From Opitutaceae bacterium (GTDB lineage: Bacteria > Verrucomicrobiota > Verrucomicrobiia > Opitutales > Opitutaceae): DNA of 64,000 nucleotides. The position numbers and the translations under genes are program-made. Below the pieces are notes generated by a model. That model saw only the letters and a list, made by a program, of their open reading frames with translations. It was not told where the DNA came from and did not search any database. How positions within the stretch are numbered: position 1 is the stretch's first letter; each line of letters begins with the position of its first letter. Where the stretch lies: contig JAHCAZ010000016.1 of the NCBI GenBank assembly GCA_019634615.1, positions 10,020-74,019 on the forward strand, written 5' to 3'. This document shows, piece by piece, positions 1 to 9,334 of the stretch.

Positions 1-268
1 CCCGGGCGGCGGCGAGATGATCGGCCTTGTCGCGGCGGCAGAGGAGTCCGCCGTGGATCTTCGGGTGCAGCGTCTTCACGCGGCCCTCCATCATTTCCGG
101 GAAGCCCGTGTGCTGGCTCACCTCGGTGACCGGCAGGCCTTTCCCTGCGAGGAGCTTGGCGGTGCCGCCGGTCGAGAGGAGCGTGTAGCCGTGCTCGCGG
201 ACGAGCGCCGTGGCGAACTCGACCAGGCCCGTTTTGTCGCTGACGGAAAGGAGAGCCAGTTTTGCCAT
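1..268 (-). CDS. purH: bifunctional AICAR transformylase/IMP cyclohydrolase PurH, N-terminal fragment running off the window
   Basis: Reverse translation from ATG at 268 reads [58 protein letters not shown], the MGS-like N-terminus typical of PurH. It is absent from the ORF track because the frame is open at the window edge. Confidence 0.85.
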   Translation of the reverse strand, partial: MAKLALLSVSDKTGLVEFATALVREHGYTLLSTGGTAKLLAGKGLPVTEVSQHTGFPEMMEGRVKTLHPKIHGGLLCRRDKADHLAAAR

Positions 269-362
269 AGGATTTCCCTTTGTGCGCCCGGCCCGAAATC
301 GCGGCAAGTCCGAAACCCTCGCGCTGCTTGCACCGCGGCGGATTCTCGGCTTTCTGTGCGTC

Positions 363-752
363 GTGTCCTGTTCCAGCGCACTTCCCGGCCTGACCGCCCA
401 CCTCGACAAGCTTTGCTACCACCACGGCGGCATCAGCCTGCCCGCGGACAAGCCGCATGCGTTCGTCTATTTCATCACCATCGCCAACGGCTCCGACCGC
501 ACCGTGACGCTCCTCGGCCGCAAATGGGTCATCGCCCACGCCGACGGCACGCAACTGGTCGTCGAGGGCGACAAGATCGTCGGCGAGACCCCGCGCCTCG
601 CCCCGGGCGAGCAGTTTTCGTACAATAGCTACCATGTGACCAAGACCGATGCGGTCGTGCGCGGCTGCTTCCACGGGGTCGACGAGGCCGGCCGCAAGGT
701 GCACGTCAGCCTGGATCCCTTCGAGCTGCGCATCCCGCCGGATGCAGAATAA
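363..752 (+). CDS. apaG: ApaG (DUF525) domain protein
   Basis: The C-terminal ~125 aa of ORF 210..752 ([59 protein letters not shown]) fit the ApaG family. The upstream part of the ORF overlaps purH, so I placed the start at in-frame GTG 363. The start is uncertain. Confidence 0.7.
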   Translation: MSCSSALPGLTAHLDKLCYHHGGISLPADKPHAFVYFITIANGSDRTVTLLGRKWVIAHADGTQLVVEGDKIVGETPRLAPGEQFSYNSYHVTKTDAVVRGCFHGVDEAGRKVHVSLDPFELRIPPDAE

Positions 753-794
753 GGTTCCCGTGGAAGGGCGCTTCTGTTCCCCTCGGCGCATCTG

Positions 795-2153
795 ATGAAG
801 CTCATTGACCTGAACCGCACCGGCGGCATCGGCGCCAACTCGCACCTCATCCGCCTGGGCGACCTGTCGATCCTGGTGGACTGCGGCCTGCACCCAAAGC
901 TCAGCGGCCGCCAGGCGACGCCCGACCTCGCCCGCCTGCGCGGCCAGACGCTCGACCTGATTATCGTCACGCACTGCCACCTCGACCACATCGGCAGCCT
1001 GCCCCTGGTGATGCGCGAGCAGCCGAACACGCCGGTGATCATGACGACCTCGAGCCGCATCTTGATCGAGCGCATGCTGCACAACTCCGCCAGCGTGATG
1101 ATGCGGGAGAAGGCCGAGGGCGGCGCGGCGGATCTGCCGCTCTACACACACGAGGAGATCGACCGCTACACCGGCCGCATGACCGGGCTGCCCTTCGGCC
1201 ACGCCAAGCGCTTCCGCGGCACCAAGGACGAGATCGAGATCACTTTCCACCATGCCGGCCACGTCGCGGGCGCCGCGGGTGTCGAGCTGCGCCACAAGCA
1301 CCGCCACATCTTCATCACCGGCGACGTCCTCTTCGACGACCAGCGCATTCTGGCCGGCGCGAAATTCCCGGCCGGCCACTTCGACACGGTCATCATGGAG
1401 ACGACGCGCGGCGCCACCGAGCGGCACCTCGACCGCAACCGCGCGAGCGAGCTCGCCCGGCTCGTCGAGTCCATCAACCAGACGATCAAGCGCGGCGGCT
1501 CGTTCCTCATCCCCGTCTTCGCCCTCGGTCGCCTGCAGGAACTGCTCACCGTCCTCCACGACGCCCGGAAATTCGGGAAGCTGACCGAGTGTCCCATCTT
1601 TGCCTCCGGCCTCGGGATGGACCTCTGCGACTACTTCGACGAGATCGCGCGCAAGACCAAGCACATCCAGTTCACGCGCCAGGTCATCAAGGAACTCCAC
1701 ATCAAGCCGACGCCGCGCAAGATCAACGCCGGCGAGGACCCGCAGCAGAATGGTCTCTACCTTCTCGGCTCAGGCATGATGGTCGAGAAGACCCCGAGCT
1801 ACGCCATGGCCTCCGGCCTTCTCGGCCACGCGCGCAACAGCATCGGCTTCGTCGGCTACTGCGATCCCGAGACCCCCGGCGGCCGCCTGCTCGCGACGAA
1901 GCCCGGCGAGACCTTCCTCTTCGAGAAGCTCAACGTGAAGACCAAGGTGAAGGCCCACGTCGACCGCTTCAGCCTGAGCGGCCACGCCGAGCGCGACGAT
2001 CTCCTCGAGTTCGCGCTGCAGGCCACGCCGCGCAGCATCGTCCTCACCCACGGCGACCAACCCGCCCGCGATTGGTTCGCGCGGCAGCTCGCGCAGCACC
2101 TGCCCAAGAGCAAGGTGATCGACCCGGTGCCCGGGCAGGAATATCAGGTGTAG
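795..2153 (+). CDS. MBL-fold beta-CASP hydrolase (RNA-metabolising metallo-beta-lactamase type)
   Basis: It has the HCHLDHIGSLP metallo-beta-lactamase motif, then a beta-CASP-like middle region and a C-terminal SGHAERDDL..THGD motif. At 452 aa the size fits this family. Confidence 0.8.
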   Translation: MKLIDLNRTGGIGANSHLIRLGDLSILVDCGLHPKLSGRQATPDLARLRGQTLDLIIVTHCHLDHIGSLPLVMREQPNTPVIMTTSSRILIERMLHNSASVMMREKAEGGAADLPLYTHEEIDRYTGRMTGLPFGHAKRFRGTKDEIEITFHHAGHVAGAAGVELRHKHRHIFITGDVLFDDQRILAGAKFPAGHFDTVIMETTRGATERHLDRNRASELARLVESINQTIKRGGSFLIPVFALGRLQELLTVLHDARKFGKLTECPIFASGLGMDLCDYFDEIARKTKHIQFTRQVIKELHIKPTPRKINAGEDPQQNGLYLLGSGMMVEKTPSYAMASGLLGHARNSIGFVGYCDPETPGGRLLATKPGETFLFEKLNVKTKVKAHVDRFSLSGHAERDDLLEFALQATPRSIVLTHGDQPARDWFARQLAQHLPKSKVIDPVPGQEYQV

Positions 2154-2171
2154 GAGCGCTCCCTCCCCCAA

Positions 2172-2245
2172 ATCGTTCTCTTTCTCGTTCTCTTACTCGA
2201 GTCCATCGTTTCGAGAACGAGAACGATTAAGAGAACGAGTACGAT
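2172..2245. repeat. long imperfect low-GC hairpin, copy H1
   Basis: The pyrimidine-rich arm cgttctctttctcgttctcttactcga (2174-2200) pairs with the purine-rich arm tcgagaacgagaacgattaagagaacg (2211-2237), about 23/27 positions by hand count, with a 10-nt loop. It lies between convergent stops at 2153 and 2260. Confidence 0.8.
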
Positions 2246-2259
2246 GATGGACCAATCGT

Positions 2260-3060
2260 TCAAGCCTGGCCCAGCACCGCCTTCAACTGCGCGCACGCCC
2301 CGGCGCTGCCGGCGACGTAGAAGATCCGACCCATGCCAAGGTCGAATGCCTCGAGCGGGAACGGCGCCGGTGAGATGAACTCCACTTTGCCGCCCGCCGC
2401 CTCGACCAGCGGAACGGCGGCGGCGATGTCCCAGACCTTGACGTTGTGGTCCACCACCCCGTCGAGCAACCCGGCGGCCACATAGGCGAGGTGCATCGTG
2501 CTGCTGCCGAGGCCGCGCAGCTTGAAGTTCGCCGTCAGGATCGCGGCATGCGGCGCGAATTTCCGGTCATACGGGCTGTGGAAGCCGATCAGGCTCTGCG
2601 CGTCGAGCGGAGTCGCGCGCATCGTGACTTCGCGTTCCCCGCACCGGACGCCGAAGCCCGGACCGCCATGGATGAGCTGCCGGCCGGCATGATCGTAGAC
2701 CGCGCCGTAAACCGGCATGCCGTCCTCGAGCAGCGCGAGCGCGATGGCGCAATGCGGCAGGCCCAGTGCGAAGTTGTTCGTCCCGTCGATCGGGTCCAGC
2801 ACCCACGCGAACCGGGCGGTCCGCCGGCGCGGTCCCGCCGCCCCGGCCGCCTCCTCGCTGAAATACTGGTCGGCCGGAAACTGCGCCTCGAGCTCACGGA
2901 AGATGTTCTCCGAGATCGCCAGGTCGGTCGCGGTCACCCGGGTGCCGTCGGTTTTCCAGTTGGAGGCGGCCCGGCCGAATTCGCGGTGCAGGAGCCCGGT
3001 CTGGGCCTGGACCGCGTTTCGCGCGGCCGCTGCCCGGGCGGTGAGTTCGGGTGTGATCAT
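2260..3060 (-). CDS. inositol monophosphatase family protein (SuhB-like)
   Basis: It contains the WVLDPIDGTNNF and WDIAAAVPLVEAAGG motifs of the IMPase family. Its start ATG overlaps the upstream stop (ATGA). Confidence 0.85.
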   Translation of the reverse strand: MITPELTARAAAARNAVQAQTGLLHREFGRAASNWKTDGTRVTATDLAISENIFRELEAQFPADQYFSEEAAGAAGPRRRTARFAWVLDPIDGTNNFALGLPHCAIALALLEDGMPVYGAVYDHAGRQLIHGGPGFGVRCGEREVTMRATPLDAQSLIGFHSPYDRKFAPHAAILTANFKLRGLGSSTMHLAYVAAGLLDGVVDHNVKVWDIAAAVPLVEAAGGKVEFISPAPFPLEAFDLGMGRIFYVAGSAGACAQLKAVLGQA

Positions 3061-3611
3061 GAATCGTAGTCGTAGAGCTTCGGGTCGCGCCGCGGCGCCG
3101 CGCGCCGCGCGCGGAAACGGTGGCGGGCCTCTTTCTGCGCGGGCGTTTCCCCCGGGGGCGCCGAGGCATCACCGTAGGGATGGTCGGGGTCTCCCGGCGA
3201 GTCGCCGCCCAGTTGCTCGTCCAGCGAGTCGGGATCGGCGCCCTCTTCCAGCTTGCGGACGACCTCCTCCATCTCGCCGTCGATCTTCTCGCCGGTGACC
3301 TCGGCCATGCGGCGCATCATCCGCGCCATCGCCCGCGGGTCGTTCTCGTCGACGTTGGCGAACTCGCGCTCCATCGCCCCCATCGCGGCCTCCAGCTTCG
3401 GATCATCCGCCACCGGGCCCGCGGGTGCCGCCGCGCCGGCGGCGGGCTCGGCCTTGTGCCGGCCGGTGACCGCGAAGGCGGAGACCACCTTCTGCATGCG
3501 GAAGGCCGGGTTGTCGGGGCACTTCGGGATGCGCTGCCCCTGGGCTAGGGTCTTCGCATAGAACTGGTAGACGGTGTGATTGTCCAGGCAGTAGTATTCG
3601 TAGATCGGCAT
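3057..3611 (-). CDS. FmdB-like zinc-ribbon domain protein with an acidic C-terminal tail
   Basis: The N-terminus MPIYEYYCLDNHTVYQF..IPKCPDNP resembles the FmdB/CxxC_CxxC_SSSS family, but the Cys pairs are incomplete. It is translationally coupled to the IMPase gene. Confidence 0.5.
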   Translation of the reverse strand: MPIYEYYCLDNHTVYQFYAKTLAQGQRIPKCPDNPAFRMQKVVSAFAVTGRHKAEPAAGAAAPAGPVADDPKLEAAMGAMEREFANVDENDPRAMARMMRRMAEVTGEKIDGEMEEVVRKLEEGADPDSLDEQLGGDSPGDPDHPYGDASAPPGETPAQKEARHRFRARRAAPRRDPKLYDYDS

Positions 3612-3623
3612 AGGCGGGCTAAA

Positions 3624-4820
3624 TCAAGGGACTCGGCGGCGCGTGGCAAGTTGGTGTCCGTGCTGCACCTTCGCCTCCTTGCCGCCCTCGTTCAAGCGGT
3701 CGAGCACGGCGGCGAGGCGGCGGCGTTTCGCTTCGCCCTCGTTGAACATCTCGAGCTGTTCGGCGCCCTGCCCCACCCCGGAAAACTTCACGCTCACCAG
3801 GCGCAACGGCCGGCGCTTGGTCCAGGCGCCGCGCAGGAGCGGCGTGGCGAGGGCATAGAACGGCGCCTCCAGGTCGGCCGGAGCGGCCAGCGACTGCGCG
3901 TGCGAGGTTTGGCTGAAGTCCGGGTACCGGACCTTGACCGTCATCGTGGTCACCTTCTTCCCGTCGCGCCGGATCTTGGGCAGGAGGTCGTCGATCATGC
4001 CCTTCACGATCCGCTCGATCGCGGCAAAGTCACTGACATCGGCCCCAAAGGTCTCCTGCTGCGAGTAACTCTTCGCGTCGTCGTGCTCCACCTCGACCGG
4101 CCGGTCGTCCTCGCCGCGGGCCATCGCCACCATGGCGCGCCAGTCGCGGCCGAAGATGGCCTCGAGCTCGGATTCGTTGCGCGCGAGGATGTCGCCGACC
4201 TTGACGATGCCGCGGCGCTGCAGCGCCGCCTCGGTCTTGGCGCCGACCCCGGGGAGCTTGCCCACCGCGAGCGGCGCGAGGAAAGCAGCCTCATCACCCG
4301 CCGGGACCGTCACGAACCCGCGGGGCTTGCGCAGCTTGGAGGCGATCTGCGCGACCAGCCGGTTGCGGGCGATGCCCATCGAGACCGGCAGCTGGAGCTC
4401 GCGCCAGAGCCGGTCCTGCAGGCCGTGGACCGCGGCCACGATCTCCGCCTCGGTGGCAAAGCCGCAGGGTCCCAGGTCGAGGTAACCCTCGTCGATCGAG
4501 TTGCGCTGGACGACGGGCGTCAGCTGCTCGCAGAGATCGAACATCTGCCGGGACATCTTCCCGTACAGCCCGGACGTGTGCGGGATCAGGTAAAGATCCG
4601 GGCACACCTTCAGCGCGCGCGCCGTCGGCATCGGCGTGTAGACGCCGCAGGCCCGGGCCTCATAGCTCGCCGAGGAGATGATCCCGCGCTCCCGCCCGCC
4701 CACCGCGCACTTGGTGCCGCGCAATTCGGGCCGCAGCGCCTGCTCGCACGACACGAAAAACGCGTCGGCATCGAGATGGACGATGGTCGGAAGCAGGGCC
4801 ACCCCCGACCCGTACCACAA
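3624..4820 (-). CDS. dinB: DNA polymerase IV
   Basis: IVHLDADAFFVSCEQALRPELRGTKCAVGG..IISSASYEARACGVYTPMP is the Y-family polymerase N-terminal signature. At 398 aa the length fits. Confidence 0.9.
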   Translation of the reverse strand: MWYGSGVALLPTIVHLDADAFFVSCEQALRPELRGTKCAVGGRERGIISSASYEARACGVYTPMPTARALKVCPDLYLIPHTSGLYGKMSRQMFDLCEQLTPVVQRNSIDEGYLDLGPCGFATEAEIVAAVHGLQDRLWRELQLPVSMGIARNRLVAQIASKLRKPRGFVTVPAGDEAAFLAPLAVGKLPGVGAKTEAALQRRGIVKVGDILARNESELEAIFGRDWRAMVAMARGEDDRPVEVEHDDAKSYSQQETFGADVSDFAAIERIVKGMIDDLLPKIRRDGKKVTTMTVKVRYPDFSQTSHAQSLAAPADLEAPFYALATPLLRGAWTKRRPLRLVSVKFSGVGQGAEQLEMFNEGEAKRRRLAAVLDRLNEGGKEAKVQHGHQLATRRRVP

Positions 4821-4865
4821 TCGCCCGCGAAGTTAACCGTAAAGAACGCGCGACCCAAACCTATA

Positions 4866-4951
4866 CACCACTCATGCACACTCATGAGCCCGAAATTCCG
4901 GGAATCCGGCATTCCGAAAATTTCCGTGAGCATTAGTGTGTATTAGTGGTT
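4866..4951. repeat. long imperfect low-GC hairpin, copy H2
   Basis: The arms are caccactcatgcacactcatgagc (4866-4889) and gtgagcattagtgtgtattagtggtt (4926-4951), roughly three quarters complementary. It lies downstream of the stop at 4985 and upstream of the dinB start. Confidence 0.7.
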
Positions 4952-4984
4952 ATTCGGATTAGGTTCTGCACGCATCTCTCATGG

Positions 4985-5593
4985 TCAAAACTCTAGCCTG
5001 CCGGTCGTGGCCTTGGTGAGGTTGCGCTGGACCAGGGTGGCCAGCGGCTCGGCGTCGAGCTGGACCGAGGCGATCACAACCTGGCCGCGCTCGCAGGCGG
5101 CGACGCAGACTTCGATTTCGCCCTCGCCCGCATCTTCCGGCGCGTACACCAGCACGGTGTCCTCGCCATCGGCGACGCCGACGAGCCGGGTGTAGCCGCG
5201 GCGGGCCATGGCGGTGTCGGTGCGCTGGATGACGGTCGCGCGGGGCGGTTCCCCCTCGGTTGCGTAGACGCCGACGCTGACGCGGCGCACCGATTGCAGG
5301 GCGTCGCGCGCATCCGCCGGCAGGCTGGCGAAGCTCAGGCCGAAGCGCAGGAGGCTGAGCACCGGGCCCTCGAGGCTGAGCTGCACCCGGGTGATCGAGT
5401 CCCCCGTGTCCTGCAGCACCTCCCGTCGCAGGGCGGCGGCCCCGCCATGAAGCGCGAGGAGTTGGTACGCGCCGCCGGCCGCGAGCAGGAGAAAGGCCAG
5501 CGAGCCGAGCAGCAGCCAGCGCCAGGGATGGCGCCGCGGGGGCGAGGCAGAGGGTCCGGTGTTCATGATCGGGTCGGTGCCGGGCGCACGCAT
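4985..5593 (-). CDS. membrane-anchored hypothetical protein, possibly DUF4252-like
   Basis: ORF 4985..5821 was trimmed to ATG 5593 (the alternative is 5566) because the longer form overlaps the upstream gene. It has an N-terminal TM segment WRWLLLGSLAFLLLAAGGAYQLL. The C-terminal layout (VSVGVYA.., TVLVYAPED.., VVIASVQLD) resembles DUF4252. Confidence 0.5.
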   Translation of the reverse strand: MRAPGTDPIMNTGPSASPPRRHPWRWLLLGSLAFLLLAAGGAYQLLALHGGAAALRREVLQDTGDSITRVQLSLEGPVLSLLRFGLSFASLPADARDALQSVRRVSVGVYATEGEPPRATVIQRTDTAMARRGYTRLVGVADGEDTVLVYAPEDAGEGEIEVCVAACERGQVVIASVQLDAEPLATLVQRNLTKATTGRLEF

Positions 5594-5612
5594 CCGGTGC
5601 GCCCGAGGTGGG

Positions 5613-6185
5613 TCAGGTCTGCGTGTCGGCGACGGCGGCCGTCTTGACCTCGGGGCGCTTGAGCACCGGGATGTCGAGGCGCTTGCCGATCTCGCCGAGC
5701 TGCTCGGGGCGGATATTGCCCACGACGTTGACGAAGACGGCCTGCTTGCCGTCCTCGAGGACGGTGACGACGATGCCCTCGATGGCGTCATCCGCGCCGG
5801 ACTTGATGTAGATGGCGACATCCTCGCCCTTCTTCGGGTCGCGGACCTTGACGGTCGGGGCCCAGCCGGCCGCCTCGAGCTGGGTGCGGACGCTCGTGAT
5901 CTTGGCCGTGGCGTCGGCGACGTTCGCCTCGCTCAGCTCGACCACGTTGACGCGCACCGACTCGATGTTGCGGATGATCTCCGCAGCCTCGGGCTCACGG
6001 GCGGCGGCGACCTTGGCGGCGAACTTGAGCAGGCCGGACTCGACCTTCACCTCGACGAGCTGGCCGTCGGGATTCGGGAGGAAGGAGGCGAAATCGACCT
6101 GACCGGCGGACGTTTCCTTGGCGTGGACCTGGCAGGCCAGCGCGAGGCTGGCGGCGACGAGACTGCAACGAATGAGGTTTTTCAT
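5613..6185 (-). CDS. DUF4252 domain-containing secreted protein
   Basis: It has a signal peptide MKNLIRCSLVAASLALACQVHA. The pattern VEVKVESGLLKFAA..IESVRVNVVE..VAIYIKSG..IEGIVVTVLEDGKQAVFVNVVGNI is typical of DUF4252. I set the start at ATG 6185. Confidence 0.6.
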   Translation of the reverse strand: MKNLIRCSLVAASLALACQVHAKETSAGQVDFASFLPNPDGQLVEVKVESGLLKFAAKVAAAREPEAAEIIRNIESVRVNVVELSEANVADATAKITSVRTQLEAAGWAPTVKVRDPKKGEDVAIYIKSGADDAIEGIVVTVLEDGKQAVFVNVVGNIRPEQLGEIGKRLDIPVLKRPEVKTAAVADTQT

Positions 6186-6266
6186 GATCTGGGGATGGGT
6201 TGGAGCGCAGGCCAACCGGCCCACGTGCCCCCAGAACCCGCCGGCGCGGGCGGAAGTTGCAGGAAG

Positions 6267-9122
6267 TTACCCGGACCGCTGCCGCCACCTGGCCAGCGCT
6301 TGGCCGGTCAGCGAGCGCGGCTCGGCCTCGATACCGGGACGCGGCCCGGCATAGACGAGGTCGCCGCCGTCGCGGCCGCCGCCGGGGCCGAGGTCGATGA
6401 GCCAGTCGGCGAGGTTGATCACGTCGAGGTTGTGCTCGATGACGATCACGGTGTTGCCGGCGTCGCGCAGCTTGAAGAGCAGGTCCATGAGGCGCTGGAT
6501 GTCGGTCCAGTGAAGTCCCGTGGTCGGCTCGTCGAGGATGTAGAGCGTCTGGCCCTGCTGGCGCTTGCTGAGCTCGAGCGAGAGCTTGAGGCGTTGCGCC
6601 TCGCCGCCTGACAGCGTGGTGGCGGCCTGGCCGAGCTGGAGGTAGCCGAGGCCGACGGCCTCGAGGGTCGCAAGCCGGTCGAGGATGCGCGGGATATTGC
6701 GAAAAAGGGTGATGGCCTCGCGCACCGTCAGGTCGAGCACGTCGGCGATGGAGCGGCCATGGAACAGCACCTCGAGCGTCTCGCGGTTGAAGCGCCGCCC
6801 GCCGCAGCTCGGGCACGGGGCGTAGGCGTCGGCCATGAATTGCATGTCGAGCTTGATCACGCCGTCGCCCTGGCAGCGCTCGCAGCGGCCGCCGCGGACG
6901 TTGAAGGAGAACCGGCTCGCCTTGTAGCCGCGGATCCGCGCCAGCGGCACCTGGGCGAAGAGGTCGCGCAGGAGGTCGAGGAGGCCGGTGAACGTGGCGG
7001 GGTTCGAGCGCGGGCTGCGGCCGATGGGCTCCTGGTCAACCAGGACCAGCTTCTCGAAGAAATCGAGGTTCTCGATGTGGCGGTGGCGGCCGGGGATGGC
7101 CTTGGCGCCGTTGAGCTTCCGGGCGGCGGCCGCGGCGAGGATGTCGTTGACGAGGGTGCTCTTGCCCGAGCCTGAGACCCCGGTGACGCAGGTGAGCAGG
7201 CCGACCGGGAACCGGGCGTCGATGCCGCGCAGGTTGTGCTCGCGCGCCTCGCGGACGGTGAGCCAGGCGCCGTCGGGTTCGCGCGGCTCGGCCTCGCGGG
7301 TGACGCGCTGGCGGCCGGCCAGGTAGGGGCCCGTGCGGGACTCGCGGGGCGAGAGCCGGGCGCAGGCCGCGGGCGTGCCTTGAAACAGCAACTCGCCGCC
7401 CTCGGTGCCGGCCCCGGGGCCGAGTTCGATGACCTCGTCGGCCATGCGGATCGTCTCCTCGTCATGCTCGACGACGAGCACCGTGTTGCCGCGGTCGCGC
7501 AGTTCCCGCAGTTGGGCGAGCAGGCGCTCGTTGTCGGCCGGGTGCAGGCCGATGCTGGGCTCGTCGAGGACGTAGATGACGCCCATCAGGCCCATGCCGA
7601 GCTGGGTCGCCAGCCGCACGCGCTGGGCCTCGCCGCCGGAAAGGGTGGCGTAATCGCGGTCGAGGGTCAGGTAAGCCAACCCGGTCTGGAGGAGGAAGTG
7701 CAGGCGCTGGACGATGCCGGTGACGACCTCGGACAACGCCGCGCCCGGACCATGCGCGGCGGCGAGCTGCTCGGCGACGGCGTGGGCCGAGGCGACGTCC
7801 AGGGCGAGGAAGTCCGGGTAGGTGCGGCCGAGCACGGTGACGGCACTGCTGCGGGCGTTGAGGCGCCCGCCGCGGCATTCGGTGCAGGTGCCGCTGACCA
7901 TGAACGTGGTGAGCCGGGCGCGGAAGCCCTCGCTGTCGGTGTGCCGGAAGCTCTCCTCGAGATCCGCGATCACGCCGGCGAAGGGCATCGTCTTGGCCTC
8001 GCGCATGCGGCGCAGCTTGAAGGCGAACTGGCGCTCCCCCGCCCCGTGCAAAATGGCGTGGCGCGTCGCGTCGGGCAGATCCTGCCAGGGCGTGTCCGGG
8101 TCGAAGGGCAGCTGCTCGGCCAGCTGCTTCAGGAGCGCGTTGTGCTTAATGATGAGATTCTTCCCGCCGATGCGCCACGGCTTGAGCGCGCCGCCGCGCA
8201 CGCTCTTCGCCGGATCGGGCACGAGGAGCTCGGGGACGAACCGCATCTGCCGGCCGAGACCGCCGCAGGTGGTGCAGGCGCCCTCGCTGTGGTTGAACGA
8301 GAAATGCCGGGGCGTGAGTTTCTCGAAGACGTCGCCGCAGGTCTCGCAGGCGAGGTGCTGGCTGAGGGTCAGCTCCGTCCACGGCTGGTCGGCGGCGGCC
8401 TGCGCCAGCACGAGGGCGCGGTCCTTGCCCTCGCGGAAGGCGAGCTCGAGCGAGTCGGCGAGGCGGGCGCGCTGGTCGGCGGTCGCGACCAGGCGGTCGA
8501 CGACCAGGTCGACGGCGATCTCCTTGGCGCCGGTCGGCACGATGTTGGGCTCGTCGAGGCTGCGGATCTCGCCGTTCAGGCGCACGCGCTGAAAGCCCCG
8601 CTGGCGCAGGCGCGGCAACTCGTCGCGCAGGACGCTGGGCTTGGCCCGCAGCAGCGGGGCGAGCAGCATGAGCCGCTGGCCCGCGCAGGCGGTCAGAAGG
8701 CGCTGGACATTGTCGTCCAGCGAACGGCGGATGACGCGGCCGCCATCCTTGGGGCAGCGCTGCTCGCCGGCCAGCGCCCACAGCAGCCGCGCGTAGTCGG
8801 CGATCTCCGTCGCGGTGGCGATCGTGCTGCGCGGCCCGCCGGCGCCCACGCGCTGCTCGATGGCGAGCACGGGGGAAAGCCCGTGGATGAAGTCCACCTC
8901 GGGGCGCTTCAACTGGTCGAGCACCGCCCGCGCCTGCGTGGAGAGCGACTCCATGTACTTGCGGTAGCCCTCGGCGTAGATCGTGTCGAAGGCCAGCGAC
9001 GACTTGCCGGACCCGCTCGGGCCGGTGATCACGGTGAGTTTTCCGCGGGCGAGACGCAGCTCCAGGTCCTTCAGGTTGTGTTCCCGGGCCCCTTTGACGT
9101 GGATGTGCGTGGCAGCCTGCAT
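6267..9122 (-). CDS. uvrA: excinuclease ABC subunit A
   Basis: [47 protein letters not shown] is present, together with two ABC ATPase modules and zinc-finger Cys clusters. I set the start at ATG 9122. Confidence 0.95.
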   Translation of the reverse strand: MQAATHIHVKGAREHNLKDLELRLARGKLTVITGPSGSGKSSLAFDTIYAEGYRKYMESLSTQARAVLDQLKRPEVDFIHGLSPVLAIEQRVGAGGPRSTIATATEIADYARLLWALAGEQRCPKDGGRVIRRSLDDNVQRLLTACAGQRLMLLAPLLRAKPSVLRDELPRLRQRGFQRVRLNGEIRSLDEPNIVPTGAKEIAVDLVVDRLVATADQRARLADSLELAFREGKDRALVLAQAAADQPWTELTLSQHLACETCGDVFEKLTPRHFSFNHSEGACTTCGGLGRQMRFVPELLVPDPAKSVRGGALKPWRIGGKNLIIKHNALLKQLAEQLPFDPDTPWQDLPDATRHAILHGAGERQFAFKLRRMREAKTMPFAGVIADLEESFRHTDSEGFRARLTTFMVSGTCTECRGGRLNARSSAVTVLGRTYPDFLALDVASAHAVAEQLAAAHGPGAALSEVVTGIVQRLHFLLQTGLAYLTLDRDYATLSGGEAQRVRLATQLGMGLMGVIYVLDEPSIGLHPADNERLLAQLRELRDRGNTVLVVEHDEETIRMADEVIELGPGAGTEGGELLFQGTPAACARLSPRESRTGPYLAGRQRVTREAEPREPDGAWLTVREAREHNLRGIDARFPVGLLTCVTGVSGSGKSTLVNDILAAAAARKLNGAKAIPGRHRHIENLDFFEKLVLVDQEPIGRSPRSNPATFTGLLDLLRDLFAQVPLARIRGYKASRFSFNVRGGRCERCQGDGVIKLDMQFMADAYAPCPSCGGRRFNRETLEVLFHGRSIADVLDLTVREAITLFRNIPRILDRLATLEAVGLGYLQLGQAATTLSGGEAQRLKLSLELSKRQQGQTLYILDEPTTGLHWTDIQRLMDLLFKLRDAGNTVIVIEHNLDVINLADWLIDLGPGGGRDGGDLVYAGPRPGIEAEPRSLTGQALARWRQRSG

Positions 9123-9334
9123 ACGGCCAGCGCACAAATTAACCCGTGCACCGCAAGGTCAAAGCCGAGCGCGAGATTCGCAAGATATGCGCAGGCCGTA
9201 TGACACTTTCATCCTTGAACGCCTTCTCCCAAATGCGTTTCGTGGCGCCCAGCAAACCCATCGTGTCGGTAAGAACCCCAAAACCTTGGCAGCGGGCTCC
9301 CGGCGGAGCTCGTGCTCCCCAAAAACCCTCATCC

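Noticed and set aside
4821-4984. I searched for SOS (LexA) operators upstream of dinB (4821-4984) and uvrA (9123-9334), including the TGTTC-N4-GAACA type that I recall being reported for Verrucomicrobia.
   Set aside because: No such palindrome, and no CTGT-N8-ACAG-type box, was found by eye on either strand. I cannot support a LexA site.
9146-9334. The N-terminal 63 codons of ORF 9146..11314 as part of the DUF1302 protein or as a separate small gene.
   Set aside because: The translation is basic and low-complexity with no signal peptide. A proper signal peptide starts at ATG 9335. The region is more plausibly the divergent uvrA/DUF1302 promoter region.
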